Source: an uncultured Chloroflexia bacterium (GTDB lineage: Bacteria > Chloroflexota > Limnocylindria > Limnocylindrales > CSP1-4). Taken from it: a stretch of DNA of 64,000 nucleotides. Both the position numbers and the translations under genes were made by a program. The stretch lies in assembly GCA_963734535.1 (NCBI GenBank), contig CAVTHS010000010.1:301804-365803 (forward strand). Direction: 5' to 3'. Shown here piece by piece: positions 1 to 10,147 of the stretch (positions within the stretch are counted from its first letter, which is position 1; each line of letters opens with the position of its first letter). A model generated the notes under the pieces. The model did not search any database. It had not been told where the DNA came from and saw nothing but the letters and a program-made list of their open reading frames with translations.

Positions 1-3
1 GGG

Positions 4-657
4 ATGACTGCCGCCACGTTCGACCGCGACGCCGCGATCGCGGCGCTCCTTACGGTCCGTCGCCCCGATGGGAGGCCGGCGGACGATGAGCCGCCGGGCA
101 TCCTGGGCGGCGCGACCGTTCTCGGCAACGCCGGCCTTGGCGCGCGGCGCCACTACGAGGAGCGGCGGCTGGCGCCGGGTGACATCGTGACGATCGTCGG
201 AAGCGCGGTCCCATTCGGCGACATCGAGGATCCGGCGACCGCGGACCGCGATGATCCCACTCGTGCGCTCGATGACCCGGAGGTGGCGCGAAGCCTTGCC
301 GAGGCCCGCGCAGCGGGAATCCTGGCGAACTCACCGGAGGAAGCGTGGGGGAACGCCGCAATCCCCGGCTTCGGGGTCGGCCGGCCGACGCGCGCCCCGG
401 ACCTGGATCCCGAGGCACGTCCGATGCCGCTCGCGCCGGCCGGCACCGAGGCCGCCGCGGCGGCCGTCTTCGACATCCCCGCCGGCGAGCTCGTCATGGC
501 GGTCATGCCCGATCGTCCGCTCCTCGTCCGGTTCGGCAGCCCGGGCGAGGCCGTGGCGCGCGACCAGGGAGCGCTCACCCTGGGGCTCGGTGGGGCGCTG
601 CTCGCGATCGTCGCCGCGCTCGTGCTCGCGCTGGCCCTCCAGGGGACGTTCGGGTGA
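4..657 (+). CDS. Hypothetical membrane protein, possibly GIDE-like; probably truncated by the window edge
   Basis: ORF with RRHYEERRLAPGDIVTIVG motif and C-terminal TM helix; stop overlaps lemA start (GTGA). Confidence 0.55.
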   Translation: MTAATFDRDAAIAALLTVRRPDGRPADDEPPGILGGATVLGNAGLGARRHYEERRLAPGDIVTIVGSAVPFGDIEDPATADRDDPTRALDDPEVARSLAEARAAGILANSPEEAWGNAAIPGFGVGRPTRAPDLDPEARPMPLAPAGTEAAAAAVFDIPAGELVMAVMPDRPLLVRFGSPGEAVARDQGALTLGLGGALLAIVAALVLALALQGTFG

Positions 658-1316
658 GCCCACTCGCCGGAGCCGCGCTCTTCGCGGTCCTCCTCGTGGC
701 GCTCGTGGTCGCCTTCCTGCTCGTGATCACATACAACAGCGTGGTCGCCCTGCGCACGCGCATCGACAAAGCGTGGGGAAACGTCGAGGTCGCCCTCAAG
801 CAGCGCCACGACCAGCTCGCGGAACTGGTCGCTGCCGTCCGGGACGTGATGGCGTTCGAGCAGGCTGTCCTCGGCGAGGTCGCCAGGCAGCGCGCGCGGT
901 ACTCCCCGCAGGCGCCGATCAGCGAGCAGGGCGCGGTCTCCGCAGCGACCAGTCGGGCCGTCCGCTCGCTCTTCGCGGTCGTCGAGAATTACCCGCAGGT
1001 TCGGTCGCAGGAGAACGTGCTCCGGCTGCAGGCGGAGATCGAGCGGCTCGAGCAGCAGATCGCGGACCGGCGCGAGCTCTACAACGACCAGGTCTACCGC
1101 TACAACACGACGATCGGGCAGGTCCCGGCCGTGGTCCTGGCGGGGCTGCTGGGCTGGCTGCCGCGGGCGTTCTTCGATGCAGAGCCGGCAGCCGACGAAC
1201 GCCCGTCGGTGGAGCTGCACCCGCTCGCCGGTCCGGGCGGGGACGACGCCGCACCGGGCCGTGGCGACGCTGGCTCGGCCGCCGCAGACCCGAACGGGGA
1301 GGGCACGGCCCGGTAG
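654..1316 (+). CDS. lemA: LemA family protein
   Basis: N-terminal TM then YNSVVALRTRIDKAWGNVEVALKQRHD, VVENYP, IADRRELYNDQVYRYNT motifs; GTG at 654. Confidence 0.93.
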   Translation: MSPLAGAALFAVLLVALVVAFLLVITYNSVVALRTRIDKAWGNVEVALKQRHDQLAELVAAVRDVMAFEQAVLGEVARQRARYSPQAPISEQGAVSAATSRAVRSLFAVVENYPQVRSQENVLRLQAEIERLEQQIADRRELYNDQVYRYNTTIGQVPAVVLAGLLGWLPRAFFDAEPAADERPSVELHPLAGPGGDDAAPGRGDAGSAAADPNGEGTAR

Positions 1317-1367
1317 ACTGGCTGACACGCGGCGCCGACCGGGAGCGGCGCTGACGTGGAGGGAGCG

Positions 1368-2210
1368 ATGGTGACGACCGCCCCAGGCGGCGGAGGGCCG
1401 CCTGCCGCCGTGGCCGAGCCGGCCGCGACGATGGTGGCGGGAGAGCCGTTCGATGTCTCGGTCTCATACGAGGTTGTGGGGCCCGTGGACGCGCCGACCC
1501 TCGTCTTCCTCCATGGAACTCGCGTGACCCGCGCGATGTGGGACCCGCAGGTCGCCGGCCTGTCAGACCGCTTTCGCGTCGTGACGGTGGACCTGCCGGG
1601 ACACGGCGCACTCGCCGACATGACCTTCCGGATGGCGAGGGCGGTCACGATCGTGCGCTCGGTGATCGCTCGCAACGGCGGTCGAGCCGTCGTGATCGGC
1701 CAGTCGCTGGGCGGCTACGTCGCGATGGAGCTCGCCGCCGTCCACCCCGAGATGGTGGCGGGGCTGGTCCTCTGCAACTCCAGCACGGAGCCGCGGACGG
1801 TGGCGCGCCGCGCGCCGCGTGCGGTGGGCGTCTACCTCGTGGACCGGGTCGGGGAGCGATACCTCGGGCGCGGCGCACCCGTGCATCCCGACGGGCCGCT
1901 GCGCGGTCCGGCGCCCCGTGCGACGAACGGCTGGCTCTTCAAGGGCGGGTATCGCGCGGTGGTCACCGCGCTGCGGACCTCGTTCCTGCCCCGGCTCGCC
2001 GGGTACCCGGGCCCGGCCCTCCTCGTGAACGGCGCCGACGACCCGCTCTTCCGGCGCGGCGAGCGCGACTTCCTGGCCGCCTGCTTCGACGGCCGCCTGC
2101 GCGTCATCGAGGGCGCCGGGCACCTGGTGAACAGCGAGAAGCCAGACGCCTTCAACGCCGCGATCCTCGAATTCGCGGAGACCGTGTTCAGGAGCCGGGC
2201 GGCGCGCTGA
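1368..2210 (+). CDS. Alpha/beta fold hydrolase
   Basis: LVFLHG, DLPGHG, GQSLGG nucleophile elbow, GAGH catalytic His; SD GGAGGGAG upstream. Confidence 0.9.
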   Translation: MVTTAPGGGGPPAAVAEPAATMVAGEPFDVSVSYEVVGPVDAPTLVFLHGTRVTRAMWDPQVAGLSDRFRVVTVDLPGHGALADMTFRMARAVTIVRSVIARNGGRAVVIGQSLGGYVAMELAAVHPEMVAGLVLCNSSTEPRTVARRAPRAVGVYLVDRVGERYLGRGAPVHPDGPLRGPAPRATNGWLFKGGYRAVVTALRTSFLPRLAGYPGPALLVNGADDPLFRRGERDFLAACFDGRLRVIEGAGHLVNSEKPDAFNAAILEFAETVFRSRAAR

Positions 2211-3303
2211 CCCCCAGCACCTCCCGGACCTCGTGGGCGATCTCGAGGTCCTCGCGAGCGGCAACCACGAACGTGCGGACCGCAGCGCCGGGCGCGCCGA
2301 TCTCTCGATCCTCGCCGGCGGCCCTGTTGCGCGCCTCGTCGACCGCGACGCCGAGGAAGGCGAGGTCGCCCGCGGCGCGTTCCCGCACGGCCGGAGCGTT
2401 CTCCCCCACCCCGCCGGTGAAGACGAGGGCGTCGAGGCCGCCGAGCGCGGCCGCCATCGCAGCCACGGCTGCCCGCAACCGGTGGTGGTAGACGTCGAGC
2501 GCGAGCACGGCGTCCGGCTCGCCGGCGGCGGCTGCAGCGAGGATCGCGCGCATGTCGGCCGTGCCCGCCAGGCCCAGGAGCCCCGATCGATGCTCGAGCG
2601 TCGCTGCGAGCTCCGCGGGCGGCATCCGGACGTGCTCCGCCAGCCAGAGGACCAGGCCCGGATCGATGCTGCCCGACCGGGTGGCCATGACGAGCCCGTC
2701 GAGCGGCGTGAAGCCCATCGTGGTGTCCAGGGAGCGTCCGTCGCGCACCGCGGCGAGCGATGCCCCGGCGCCGAGGTGGCAGGTCACGATCCGGAGGCCG
2801 GCGTCCCCGGTATCTCCGATGAGCTCGGCTGCCCGCCGCGACGCGTACGCGTGCGACAGGCCGTGGAAGCCGTACTTGCGAAGGTCCCAGCGCTTCCTCC
2901 ACTCGTGCGGGATCGCGTACGTCGAGGCCGCGGCAGGCATCCCGGCATGGAAGGCCGTGTCGAAGCAGGCGACCGCCGGTACGTCCGGGAGGGTCGCCGT
3001 CACCGCCTCGAGCGCGGCGAGCGATTTCGGCTGGTGGAGCGGGGCGAGATCGGTCAGCGTCCGGAGCCGCTCGACCACCTCGCCGTCGATCCGGACCGGC
3101 CGCGCATACAGGGTCCCGCCGTGGACGATCCGGTGGCCGACGGCGTCCACCGCCCCGAATCCCTCGATGGCTCGCGCGACGGCGACGATGTCCGCCTGCC
3201 CGCGCGGGGCGGGCAGGTCCTCCGCCCCCGTGACCTGGTCGTCCGGGTCAAGGACGCGGAGCTTCAGGCTGCTCGACCCGGCGTTGACGACGAGGATCCG
3301 CAT
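2188..3303 (-). CDS. ackA: Acetate kinase
   Basis: NAGSSSLK, GHRIVHGG, APLH, FDTAFH, YGFHGLSH, CHLGAGAS, TTMGFTPLDG, FTGGVGEN motifs. Confidence 0.96.
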   Translation of the reverse strand: MRILVVNAGSSSLKLRVLDPDDQVTGAEDLPAPRGQADIVAVARAIEGFGAVDAVGHRIVHGGTLYARPVRIDGEVVERLRTLTDLAPLHQPKSLAALEAVTATLPDVPAVACFDTAFHAGMPAAASTYAIPHEWRKRWDLRKYGFHGLSHAYASRRAAELIGDTGDAGLRIVTCHLGAGASLAAVRDGRSLDTTMGFTPLDGLVMATRSGSIDPGLVLWLAEHVRMPPAELAATLEHRSGLLGLAGTADMRAILAAAAAGEPDAVLALDVYHHRLRAAVAAMAAALGGLDALVFTGGVGENAPAVRERAAGDLAFLGVAVDEARNRAAGEDREIGAPGAAVRTFVVAAREDLEIAHEVREVLGVSAPPGS

Positions 3304-3317
3304 CTCAGCTCACCGCC

Positions 3318-5702
3318 TCAGTGTGGCCAGGCCCAGGTCCGGATCTCGGGCGCGTCCTCGCCTTCCAGGCGCGTGTACGCCCGTGCCCGCAGGCGCCGGT
3401 CCACCATCAGCTGGCGAACGTGCGCCGCCCGCGGCCCCAGGCCCGGCACGCGGTCGATCACGTCCATCACGAGGTGGAACCGGTCGAGGTCGTTGAGCAT
3501 GACCATGTCGAACGGCGTGGTGGTGGTGCCCTCCTCCTTGTAGCCGCGAACGTGGATGTTGACGTGGTTCGTCCGGCGATAGGTCAGGCGGTGGATCAGC
3601 CACGGGTACCCGTGGTAGGCGAAGACAACCGGCTTGTCACGGGTGAAGAGCGAGTCGAACTCGGTCTCCGACATCCCGTGCGGGTGCTCGGTGGCAGGCT
3701 GCAGCCGCATCAGGTCCACGACGTTGACGACCCGAACCTTCAAGTCCGGGAGGTGCTGGCGGATCATGTCGACCGCGGCGAGCGTCTCGAGCGTCGGCGT
3801 GTCGCCGCAACAGGCCATGACCACGTCGGGCTCGCCGCCCTGGTCGTTGCTGGCCCAGTCCCAGATGCCGATGCCGCGCGTGCAATGGAGCACGGCCTGG
3901 TCCATCGAGAGCCAGTTCGGGGCCGGCTGCTTGCCGGCGACGATGACGTTGACGTACTGGCGGCTGCGCAGGCAGTGGTCGGCCACCGACAGGAGCGTGT
4001 TCGCGTCGGGCGGCAGATAGACCCGGATGACCTCGGACTTCTTGTTGACCACGTGGTCGATGAAGCCCGGGTCCTGGTGGCTGAAGCCATTGTGGTCCTG
4101 GCGCCAGACCAGCGAGCTCAGGACGTAGTTGAGCGACGCGATCGGTCGCCGCCACGGGATGCCGTTGGTCACCTTCAGCCACTTGGCATGCTGGTTGAAC
4201 ATCGAATCGATGATGTGGATGAAGGCTTCGTAGCAGTTGAAGAGGCCGTGGCGGCCGGTCAGGAGGTAGCCTTCGAGCCAGCCCTCGCACTGGTGCTCGG
4301 AGAGGACCTCCATCACGCGGCCCTCGGCGGCCTGGTGGTCGTCCGAGGGCAGGAGCTCCCCGTCGAACTGGCGGTCCGTCACCTCGAAGACGGCTCCGAG
4401 CCGGTTCGACGACGTCTCGTCGGGACCGAAGATCCGGAACGTGTCGCGGTTCCGGTCGATGACGTCGCGGAGGAACGTCCCGAGCACGCGCGTCGCCTCG
4501 GCGTTCGTGGCGCCCGGCGCGCTCACCTCCACCGCGTAGTCGCGGAAGTCGGGCAGCGCGAGGTCGCGCAGCAGCAGCCCGCCGTTCGCGTGCGGGTTGG
4601 CGCTCATCCGCCGGTAGCTTCGCGGCGGCAGCTCGGCCAGCTCCGGGACGAGTGCGCCATCGGCGTCGAAGAGCTCCTCCGGCCGGTAGCTCCGGAGCCA
4701 GCCCTCGAGGAGCGCGAGATGCTCGGGATTCGTCCGCACCTCCCCGAACGGGACCTGGTGCGCACGCCAGGAGCCCTCCGAGGGCAGGCCGTCGACCTCC
4801 TTCGGGCCCGTCCAGCCCTTCGGGCTTCGCAGCACGATCATGGGCCAGCGCGGGCGCTCGGTGACGCCGCCGTCGCGGGCCGCGCGCTGGATGTCGTGGA
4901 TCTCGGTGACCACGGCGTCCATGGCGGCCGCCATCTGCTGGTGCATCAGCACGGGGTCGTCCCCGCTCACGAAGTACGGGTGATGCCCGTAGCCCTCCAT
5001 GAGGGCCCGCAGCTCGTCCTCCGGGATCCGGGCCAGGACCGTGGGGTTGGCGATCTTGTAGCCGTTGAGGTGGAGGATCGGGAGGACCGCGCCGTCGCGG
5101 ACGGGGTCGAGGAACTTGTTCGAGTGCCAGCTGGTGGCCAGCGGCCCTGTCTCCGCCTCGCCGTCGCCGACCACGCAGCAGACGATCAGGTCCGGGTTGT
5201 CGAACGCGGCACCGTATGCGTGCGAGAGCGCATAGCCCAGCTCGCCGCCCTCGTGGATCGAGCCCGGCGTCTCCGGCGCGACGTGGCTGGGGATCCCACC
5301 GGGGAACGAGAACTGCCGGAAGAGCTGGCGCAGGCCGTCGGCGTCCCGGGTGATGCTCGGGTAGACCTCCGTGTACGTTCCCTCGAGGTATGCGTTCGCC
5401 ACGATCGCGGGTCCGCCATGGCCCGGCCCGATGACGTAGATGGCGTCGAGGTCCCAGCTCCGGATCACCCGGTTCATGTGGGCGTAGACGAAATTGAGAC
5501 CCGGCGTCGTGCCCCAGTGGCCCAGCAGGCGCGGCTTGCAGTGCTGGGGTGCGAGTGGCTCGCGGAGCAGCGGGTTGTCGAGCAGGTAGATCTGGCCGAC
5601 CGAGAGATAGTTGGCGGCCCGCCAGTAGGCGTCGATCTGCTCCAGCTCGGCCGTCGCCAGCGGCCCGACGGGCTGAACCTTGGCGCGTCCCTGATGTGCC
5701 AT
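3318..5702 (-). CDS. xfp: Xylulose-5-phosphate/fructose-6-phosphate phosphoketolase
   Basis: [70 protein letters not shown]; ATG 5702 with GGAGG SD. Confidence 0.97.
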   Translation of the reverse strand: MAHQGRAKVQPVGPLATAELEQIDAYWRAANYLSVGQIYLLDNPLLREPLAPQHCKPRLLGHWGTTPGLNFVYAHMNRVIRSWDLDAIYVIGPGHGGPAIVANAYLEGTYTEVYPSITRDADGLRQLFRQFSFPGGIPSHVAPETPGSIHEGGELGYALSHAYGAAFDNPDLIVCCVVGDGEAETGPLATSWHSNKFLDPVRDGAVLPILHLNGYKIANPTVLARIPEDELRALMEGYGHHPYFVSGDDPVLMHQQMAAAMDAVVTEIHDIQRAARDGGVTERPRWPMIVLRSPKGWTGPKEVDGLPSEGSWRAHQVPFGEVRTNPEHLALLEGWLRSYRPEELFDADGALVPELAELPPRSYRRMSANPHANGGLLLRDLALPDFRDYAVEVSAPGATNAEATRVLGTFLRDVIDRNRDTFRIFGPDETSSNRLGAVFEVTDRQFDGELLPSDDHQAAEGRVMEVLSEHQCEGWLEGYLLTGRHGLFNCYEAFIHIIDSMFNQHAKWLKVTNGIPWRRPIASLNYVLSSLVWRQDHNGFSHQDPGFIDHVVNKKSEVIRVYLPPDANTLLSVADHCLRSRQYVNVIVAGKQPAPNWLSMDQAVLHCTRGIGIWDWASNDQGGEPDVVMACCGDTPTLETLAAVDMIRQHLPDLKVRVVNVVDLMRLQPATEHPHGMSETEFDSLFTRDKPVVFAYHGYPWLIHRLTYRRTNHVNIHVRGYKEEGTTTTPFDMVMLNDLDRFHLVMDVIDRVPGLGPRAAHVRQLMVDRRLRARAYTRLEGEDAPEIRTWAWPH

Positions 5703-5926
5703 GCGATCCACCTCCGCGCACAGGGTAGCGTGTCCGTTCGTGCTCGTGAGGACCGTCCGCCGGGACGCCACGAGCGTCATTTCGCATGCGCGGCTACACT
5801 CCGCCCCCGGACGTGCCTGCCGACAGGCGGACACGCTCGATCTCGCGCCGCGTCGCCCCATGACGGGCGTCCGACCGGTCGCAACGTGCGTGCCGGGCTT
5901 CGCGGGCGTGAGCTAGCCAATGTCGT

Positions 5927-6194
5927 GTCCCCGCCCCACGGGGACGCCTGCATGGGCCAGTGCCGTTCCCGAAGTGGCCGGCGCCGACCCGATGCAGGAG
6001 CAATTCCCGCAGTGCCCGCGGGAACACGTGGAGTCGAACTGAACCGCTCGCTGCCCGGTCGCCGGGCGTCGCCCCGAACACGAGTGCGGCGCCCCTGGCC
6101 TGCCCGGTTCCGACCGGGTTCCCCCGCCTCGCCTCGCGAGGTCGGCACATTCCCCGGGACAGCGAATCCGCGGATCCCCGAAGGGAGCTACCCA
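5927..6194 (+). promoter_or_regulatory. Candidate structured RNA / 5' leader of the RlpA-like gene
   Basis: Dense series of near-perfect hairpins (5927-5945, 6004-6024, 6064-6094, 6103-6118, 6128-6140, 6175-6186); the last one pairs the SD GAAGGGAG. Confidence 0.4.
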
Positions 6195-7049
6195 TTGCTC
6201 GTCCATTTCCAACGCACGATTCCGAAACGCGTCGGTCGCATCGAATCGCTGGCCATCTCGATCCTCGCGGCCCTCGTGCTGGCGAGCGCAGGTGTGCCGT
6301 CGATCGCGGCGGTCGCAGCGTCCAACCCGTCCCCCTCCCCGGCACCGAGCGCGTCGCCCGCGCCGGGCGCATCTCCGTCACCCTCGCCGTCCGTGATGCC
6401 GGGCGCGTCGGCGGTGCCGAGCGCGTCGCCTGCGCCAGGCGTGAGCCCTGCGCCGGGCGTGAGCCCATCGCCGTCCGCGAGCCCGGGCCAGCCGGGCGAT
6501 CCGTCTCCGTCGGGCTCGGTCGACCCGACCGCGGCCGTGTCGCCCGGACCGACCGTGGCCGCCGCGGTGCTGCGGCCGACCCCGACCCTGACCCCGCCGC
6601 CGGGCGCCGTCGCCGCCTTCGCGGTGAAGGGCCAGCCGTACAGCCTGCCGGCCTTCGTCGCGCTCGGCACGTGGAAGGTGTCGAGCGTCTCGTTCTACGG
6701 ACCCGGCTTCTACTGCGTGCTGAACCGCGTCAAGGACTGCCTCCCGCAGCTCGGCCGCTCACCCTGGCCCAACGGAACGGCGTGCGGGGTCATGTACACA
6801 CGCACGCTGGTCGGCGTCGCCAACAGGACGCTCCCCTGCGGAACGCTCGTTGCGTTCAGCTATCGCGGCCACACCGTGATCGCCCCGGTCGTCGACCGCG
6901 GGCCGTACGTGACCGGCCGCAACTGGGATCTCTCCGGCGGGCTCTGCCGCGCCCTCCAGCACTGTTTCACCGGCCCGATCCGCTGGACGATCGTGCACCG
7001 CGCAATCGGCCCGGCCCTGCCGCTGCGGATCAGCCTCCGCCGCCTCTGA
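6195..7049 (+). CDS. Secreted RlpA-like (double-psi beta-barrel) protein with Ser/Pro/Ala-rich linker
   Basis: TTG start after SD; signal-like LAISILAALVLASAG; SPAPG repeats; C-terminal SFYGPG...TACG...VANRTLPCGT...VVDRGPY...WDLS. Confidence 0.82.
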   Translation: MLVHFQRTIPKRVGRIESLAISILAALVLASAGVPSIAAVAASNPSPSPAPSASPAPGASPSPSPSVMPGASAVPSASPAPGVSPAPGVSPSPSASPGQPGDPSPSGSVDPTAAVSPGPTVAAAVLRPTPTLTPPPGAVAAFAVKGQPYSLPAFVALGTWKVSSVSFYGPGFYCVLNRVKDCLPQLGRSPWPNGTACGVMYTRTLVGVANRTLPCGTLVAFSYRGHTVIAPVVDRGPYVTGRNWDLSGGLCRALQHCFTGPIRWTIVHRAIGPALPLRISLRRL

Positions 7050-7170
7050 CGCGGGTCGCGAGCGGGCGCGCCTCGGCGGCGCGCCCTGCCCGCCACCGGC
7101 CGAGGCTTCAGACTGGGCCGGTGAGCCCGACACGGCGCCGCGCCGGACGCATGACCATCGCCGCCCGCCG

Positions 7171-7923
7171 ATGAGCCCGTTCGAGGCGATCGCGATCCTG
7201 GCCGCCGGCCTCGCGGCGGGCACGATCAACACCGTCGTCGGGTCGGGCTCGCTGATCACGTTCCCGACGCTCCTCGCCTTCGGGTATTCGCCGGTCGTGG
7301 CGAACGTCTCGAACACCGTGGGGCTCGTGGCAGGCTCGCTGAGCGGTGCGATCGGCTATCGCCGCGAGCTGACCGGCCAGCGCGGCAGGGCCATCCGCCT
7401 CGGGATCGCGGCGACCGCCGGCGGCCTGACCGGCGGGCTGCTGCTGCTCGCCCTCCCGGAGTCGGCGTTCGAGCGGATCGTGCCGATCCTCATCCTCGGC
7501 TCAGTGGTCCTCATCGCGATCCAGCCGCGACTGTCGCGGGCCATGGGCGACCGGCGGGTCGAGGGTGCGGAGCACACCGTGCCGCTCGTCATCACGATCT
7601 TCCTGACCGGTGTCTATGGGGGTTACTTCGGGGCCGGCCAGGGGGTGATCATGATGGCCCTGCTGGCGACCTTCCTGCCCGATGCCCTCCAGCGGCTCAA
7701 CGGCCTGAAGAACGTCCTCGCCGTGCTGATCAACGGCGTCGCGGCCATCCTGTTCGTCGCGGTTGCCCCGGTGGCATGGTCCCCGGCCATCCTCCTCGCG
7801 ATCGGCGCGATCGCCGGGGGCCAGGTCGGCGCGCTCGTGGGCCGGCGCCTTCCCGCGAGCGCGCTGCGCCTCGCGATCATCGTGATCGGCACGTTCGTCG
7901 GCGTCCGTCTCCTGATCGCGTAG
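7171..7923 (+). CDS. Sulfite exporter TauE/SafE family membrane protein
   Basis: AGTINTVVGSGSLITFP, GVYGGYFGAGQG, NGLKN motifs; about 8 TM segments. Confidence 0.92.
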   Translation: MSPFEAIAILAAGLAAGTINTVVGSGSLITFPTLLAFGYSPVVANVSNTVGLVAGSLSGAIGYRRELTGQRGRAIRLGIAATAGGLTGGLLLLALPESAFERIVPILILGSVVLIAIQPRLSRAMGDRRVEGAEHTVPLVITIFLTGVYGGYFGAGQGVIMMALLATFLPDALQRLNGLKNVLAVLINGVAAILFVAVAPVAWSPAILLAIGAIAGGQVGALVGRRLPASALRLAIIVIGTFVGVRLLIA

Positions 7924-8250
7924 GACACGAGCCGGTCGGACGACGCTCACCCTTGGGCGATCATCCGTGGTCATGGCCACGGGCCGCGGTAGAGGAATGC
8001 CGAAGGCGCCAGCCACTGCGCTCACCGGCATCCGGCGAGTGTGTCCGCCGAGGCGCAGGAACGGAATACCGCTTGAACCGTCCTCTCGGGCTGATCCCGT
8101 TCGCGTCGGGCCGGGTCTCGGTGCCATTGGGCACAGGGCCAGGGCCGAATCGCAGTATCGGGCGTCGATCCGGACGCATAGCGTGATGAGGCGGCGAATC
8201 GCCAGCGCCGGTTCGACGTTGGCTGCCGCACCGCCTGGAGGGCTTCACGC

Positions 8251-8553
8251 ATGCTGCCGAACCGCAGGATCCAGGTCGCAGCCGGGATGCTCGTGGTGAC
8301 CGGGCTGGTTGCCGGCTGTGGTGGAGGGAGCCTCGAGGCCGCAAAGGTCGCCTCGTTGGTCAAGTCCGAGTTCGAGGCGCAGACCAAGAACGTGGTTACC
8401 GAGATCACCTGCAACGGTGGTGCGGCGGTGAGCGTCGGCTCGACCATCGAGTGCCAGGGCAAGGGCCAGAACGGCCACGCCTACAAGTTCGAAGTCAAGC
8501 TCAAGGACGACAAGGGCGCGATCGCCTGGTCGTCAACGGACCTCAATCCTTGA
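8251..8553 (+). CDS. Small lipoprotein, DUF4333-like
   Basis: Lipobox LVAG|C, two Cys (ITC...IEC) in a small beta domain; Lys-rich, codon usage differs from neighbours. Confidence 0.65.
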   Translation: MLPNRRIQVAAGMLVVTGLVAGCGGGSLEAAKVASLVKSEFEAQTKNVVTEITCNGGAAVSVGSTIECQGKGQNGHAYKFEVKLKDDKGAIAWSSTDLNP

Positions 8554-8752
8554 CGTTGCTCCGGGCGCGGGTGGCGCGGTCCTTGCCTCCCCAGAACCTG
8601 ACCGAACGTGCGGATGAAGCCGCCCGGGTCGCCTGGGTGCGCAACCAGTTCGACCGGATCGACGTCGACGACAGGCCAGGGGAGGCCGCTGCCGCGTGGC
8701 GGACAGAGGGAAACGAGATCGGCGGTACAGCCGGTCGACCGTACTGAGTGAG

Positions 8753-8827
8753 TGGCTCCGGCGGTAGGATTCGAACCTACGACCAAGCGATTAACAGTCG
8801 CCCGCTCTACCACTGAGCTACGCCGGA
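8753..8827 (-). tRNA. tRNA-Asn(GTT)
   Basis: Minus strand TCCGGCGTAGCTCAGTGGTAGAGCGGGCGACT-GTT-AATCGCTTGGTCGTAGGTTCGAATCCTACCGCCGGAGCCA: cloverleaf, T-loop, encoded CCA. Confidence 0.98.
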
Positions 8828-9016
8828 GCGGAGGCGCCCGCCGCGGTACGGGCCGGGCGCGCATCGGGCGGCCGGGGCCGCGCCGGCCGGAAGAATAGCA
8901 TGGGATCCGGGCGTCGAGGGCGCCGGCCCGGGGCGTCCGGCCACGCGGACCCTCGTGCACGGATCCGCCGGTCCGGCCAGCGCCGAGCGCCACCCGCCGG
9001 ATGCGATACTCCGGGG

Positions 9017-9979
9017 ATGAGCCTGATGTCCGTGGCGGACCTCGCTGCGTCGCTCGGCGATCCCGGCCTCCGGATCGCCGACGTGCGCTGGTCGCTGGCG
9101 GCTCCGGGTGGCGGGCGCACCGCATACTCGAGCGCGCACCTGCCGGGCGCGGTGTTCGTCGATCTCGAGACGGTGCTGACCGCGCCCGAAGGGCCGGGTC
9201 GCCATCCCCTCCCCGACCCGGCCACATTCGCTGCAGCCATGGCGGCGCTCGGGATCGGGCGGGGTCATCGCGTGGTGGCATACGACGACGCCGGCGGGAC
9301 CGTGGCGGCGCGCCTCTGGTGGATGCTCGACGCGCTCGGGCATGCGCGCGTCGCCGTCCTCGACGGCGGGCTCGGCGCCTGGCGTGACGCCGGGTTGCCG
9401 CTGACCGCGGACGTCCCGACCCACGCCGCGGCCGAAATGGTGGCGACGCCCGGCCCCGGTGTTCCCTGGCCGGGGACGATCGATCGCCCGACGCTGGCTG
9501 CCCGGTTGCGCGACGTGCGGCTCCTGGACGCCCGGGCTCCGGAGCGCTACCGGGGCGAGATCGAGCCGATCGACGGGATCCCCGGTCACATTCCGACCGC
9601 CGTGAGCCTGCCGACGTCCGAGCTCCTGCGCGGAGACGGGCGGTTCCTCGCGCCGGACGCACTCGCAGCGCGGTTCGCGGTCGCCAGGGCGGCGGATCGG
9701 AGCGGACCCGACAGGACCGCCCGGAGCGTGGGTGGTGTCTCGGCGACCGTGAACGGCACCGGGCCCGAAGGTGCCGTCCGCGGGCCGGTCGTCGTCTCGT
9801 GCGGCAGCGGCGTGAACGCGTGCCAGCTCGCCCTCGCGATGCGCGAAGCCGGGCTCCCCGATCCGCTCCTCTATCCTGGGTCCTACAGCGACTGGACCCG
9901 CTCGGGCATGCCCATCGCGGTCGGCGCCGAGCCAGGTCAGCCGCCGGTCCCGAATCTGGCGCCGGGCGGCACGGGCTGA
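9017..9979 (+). CDS. sseA: Thiosulfate/3-mercaptopyruvate sulfurtransferase (two-domain rhodanese)
   Basis: HLPGAVFVD, GRHPLP, AARLWW, LDGG, LDARAPERYRGE, GHIP, active-site CGSGVNAC, LYPGSYSDW. Confidence 0.93.
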   Translation: MSLMSVADLAASLGDPGLRIADVRWSLAAPGGGRTAYSSAHLPGAVFVDLETVLTAPEGPGRHPLPDPATFAAAMAALGIGRGHRVVAYDDAGGTVAARLWWMLDALGHARVAVLDGGLGAWRDAGLPLTADVPTHAAAEMVATPGPGVPWPGTIDRPTLAARLRDVRLLDARAPERYRGEIEPIDGIPGHIPTAVSLPTSELLRGDGRFLAPDALAARFAVARAADRSGPDRTARSVGGVSATVNGTGPEGAVRGPVVVSCGSGVNACQLALAMREAGLPDPLLYPGSYSDWTRSGMPIAVGAEPGQPPVPNLAPGGTG

Positions 9980-10147
9980 CGGACCCACGGCCTCCGACTC
10001 AGGGTCGGCGACCGTCGTGCGACGGTGGGGCCGGTCTCCGGGTCGAGGACAGCGCCGGGATCGGTCGAGAGCGGCGCCTGCCCCCGACGACCGCAGTCCC
10101 TGATTCGCGACCATTCGGCGTACGCGCGGCGATAGACTACCGGCGCG

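Noticed and set aside
5927-6194. c-di-AMP (ydaO) riboswitch, or 6S RNA
   Set aside because: Hallmark conserved segments not found by eye; kept only as an unclassified structured leader.
3321-7049. 1242-aa plus-strand ORF
   Set aside because: Mostly the antisense shadow of xfp; only 6195-7049 looks like a real gene.
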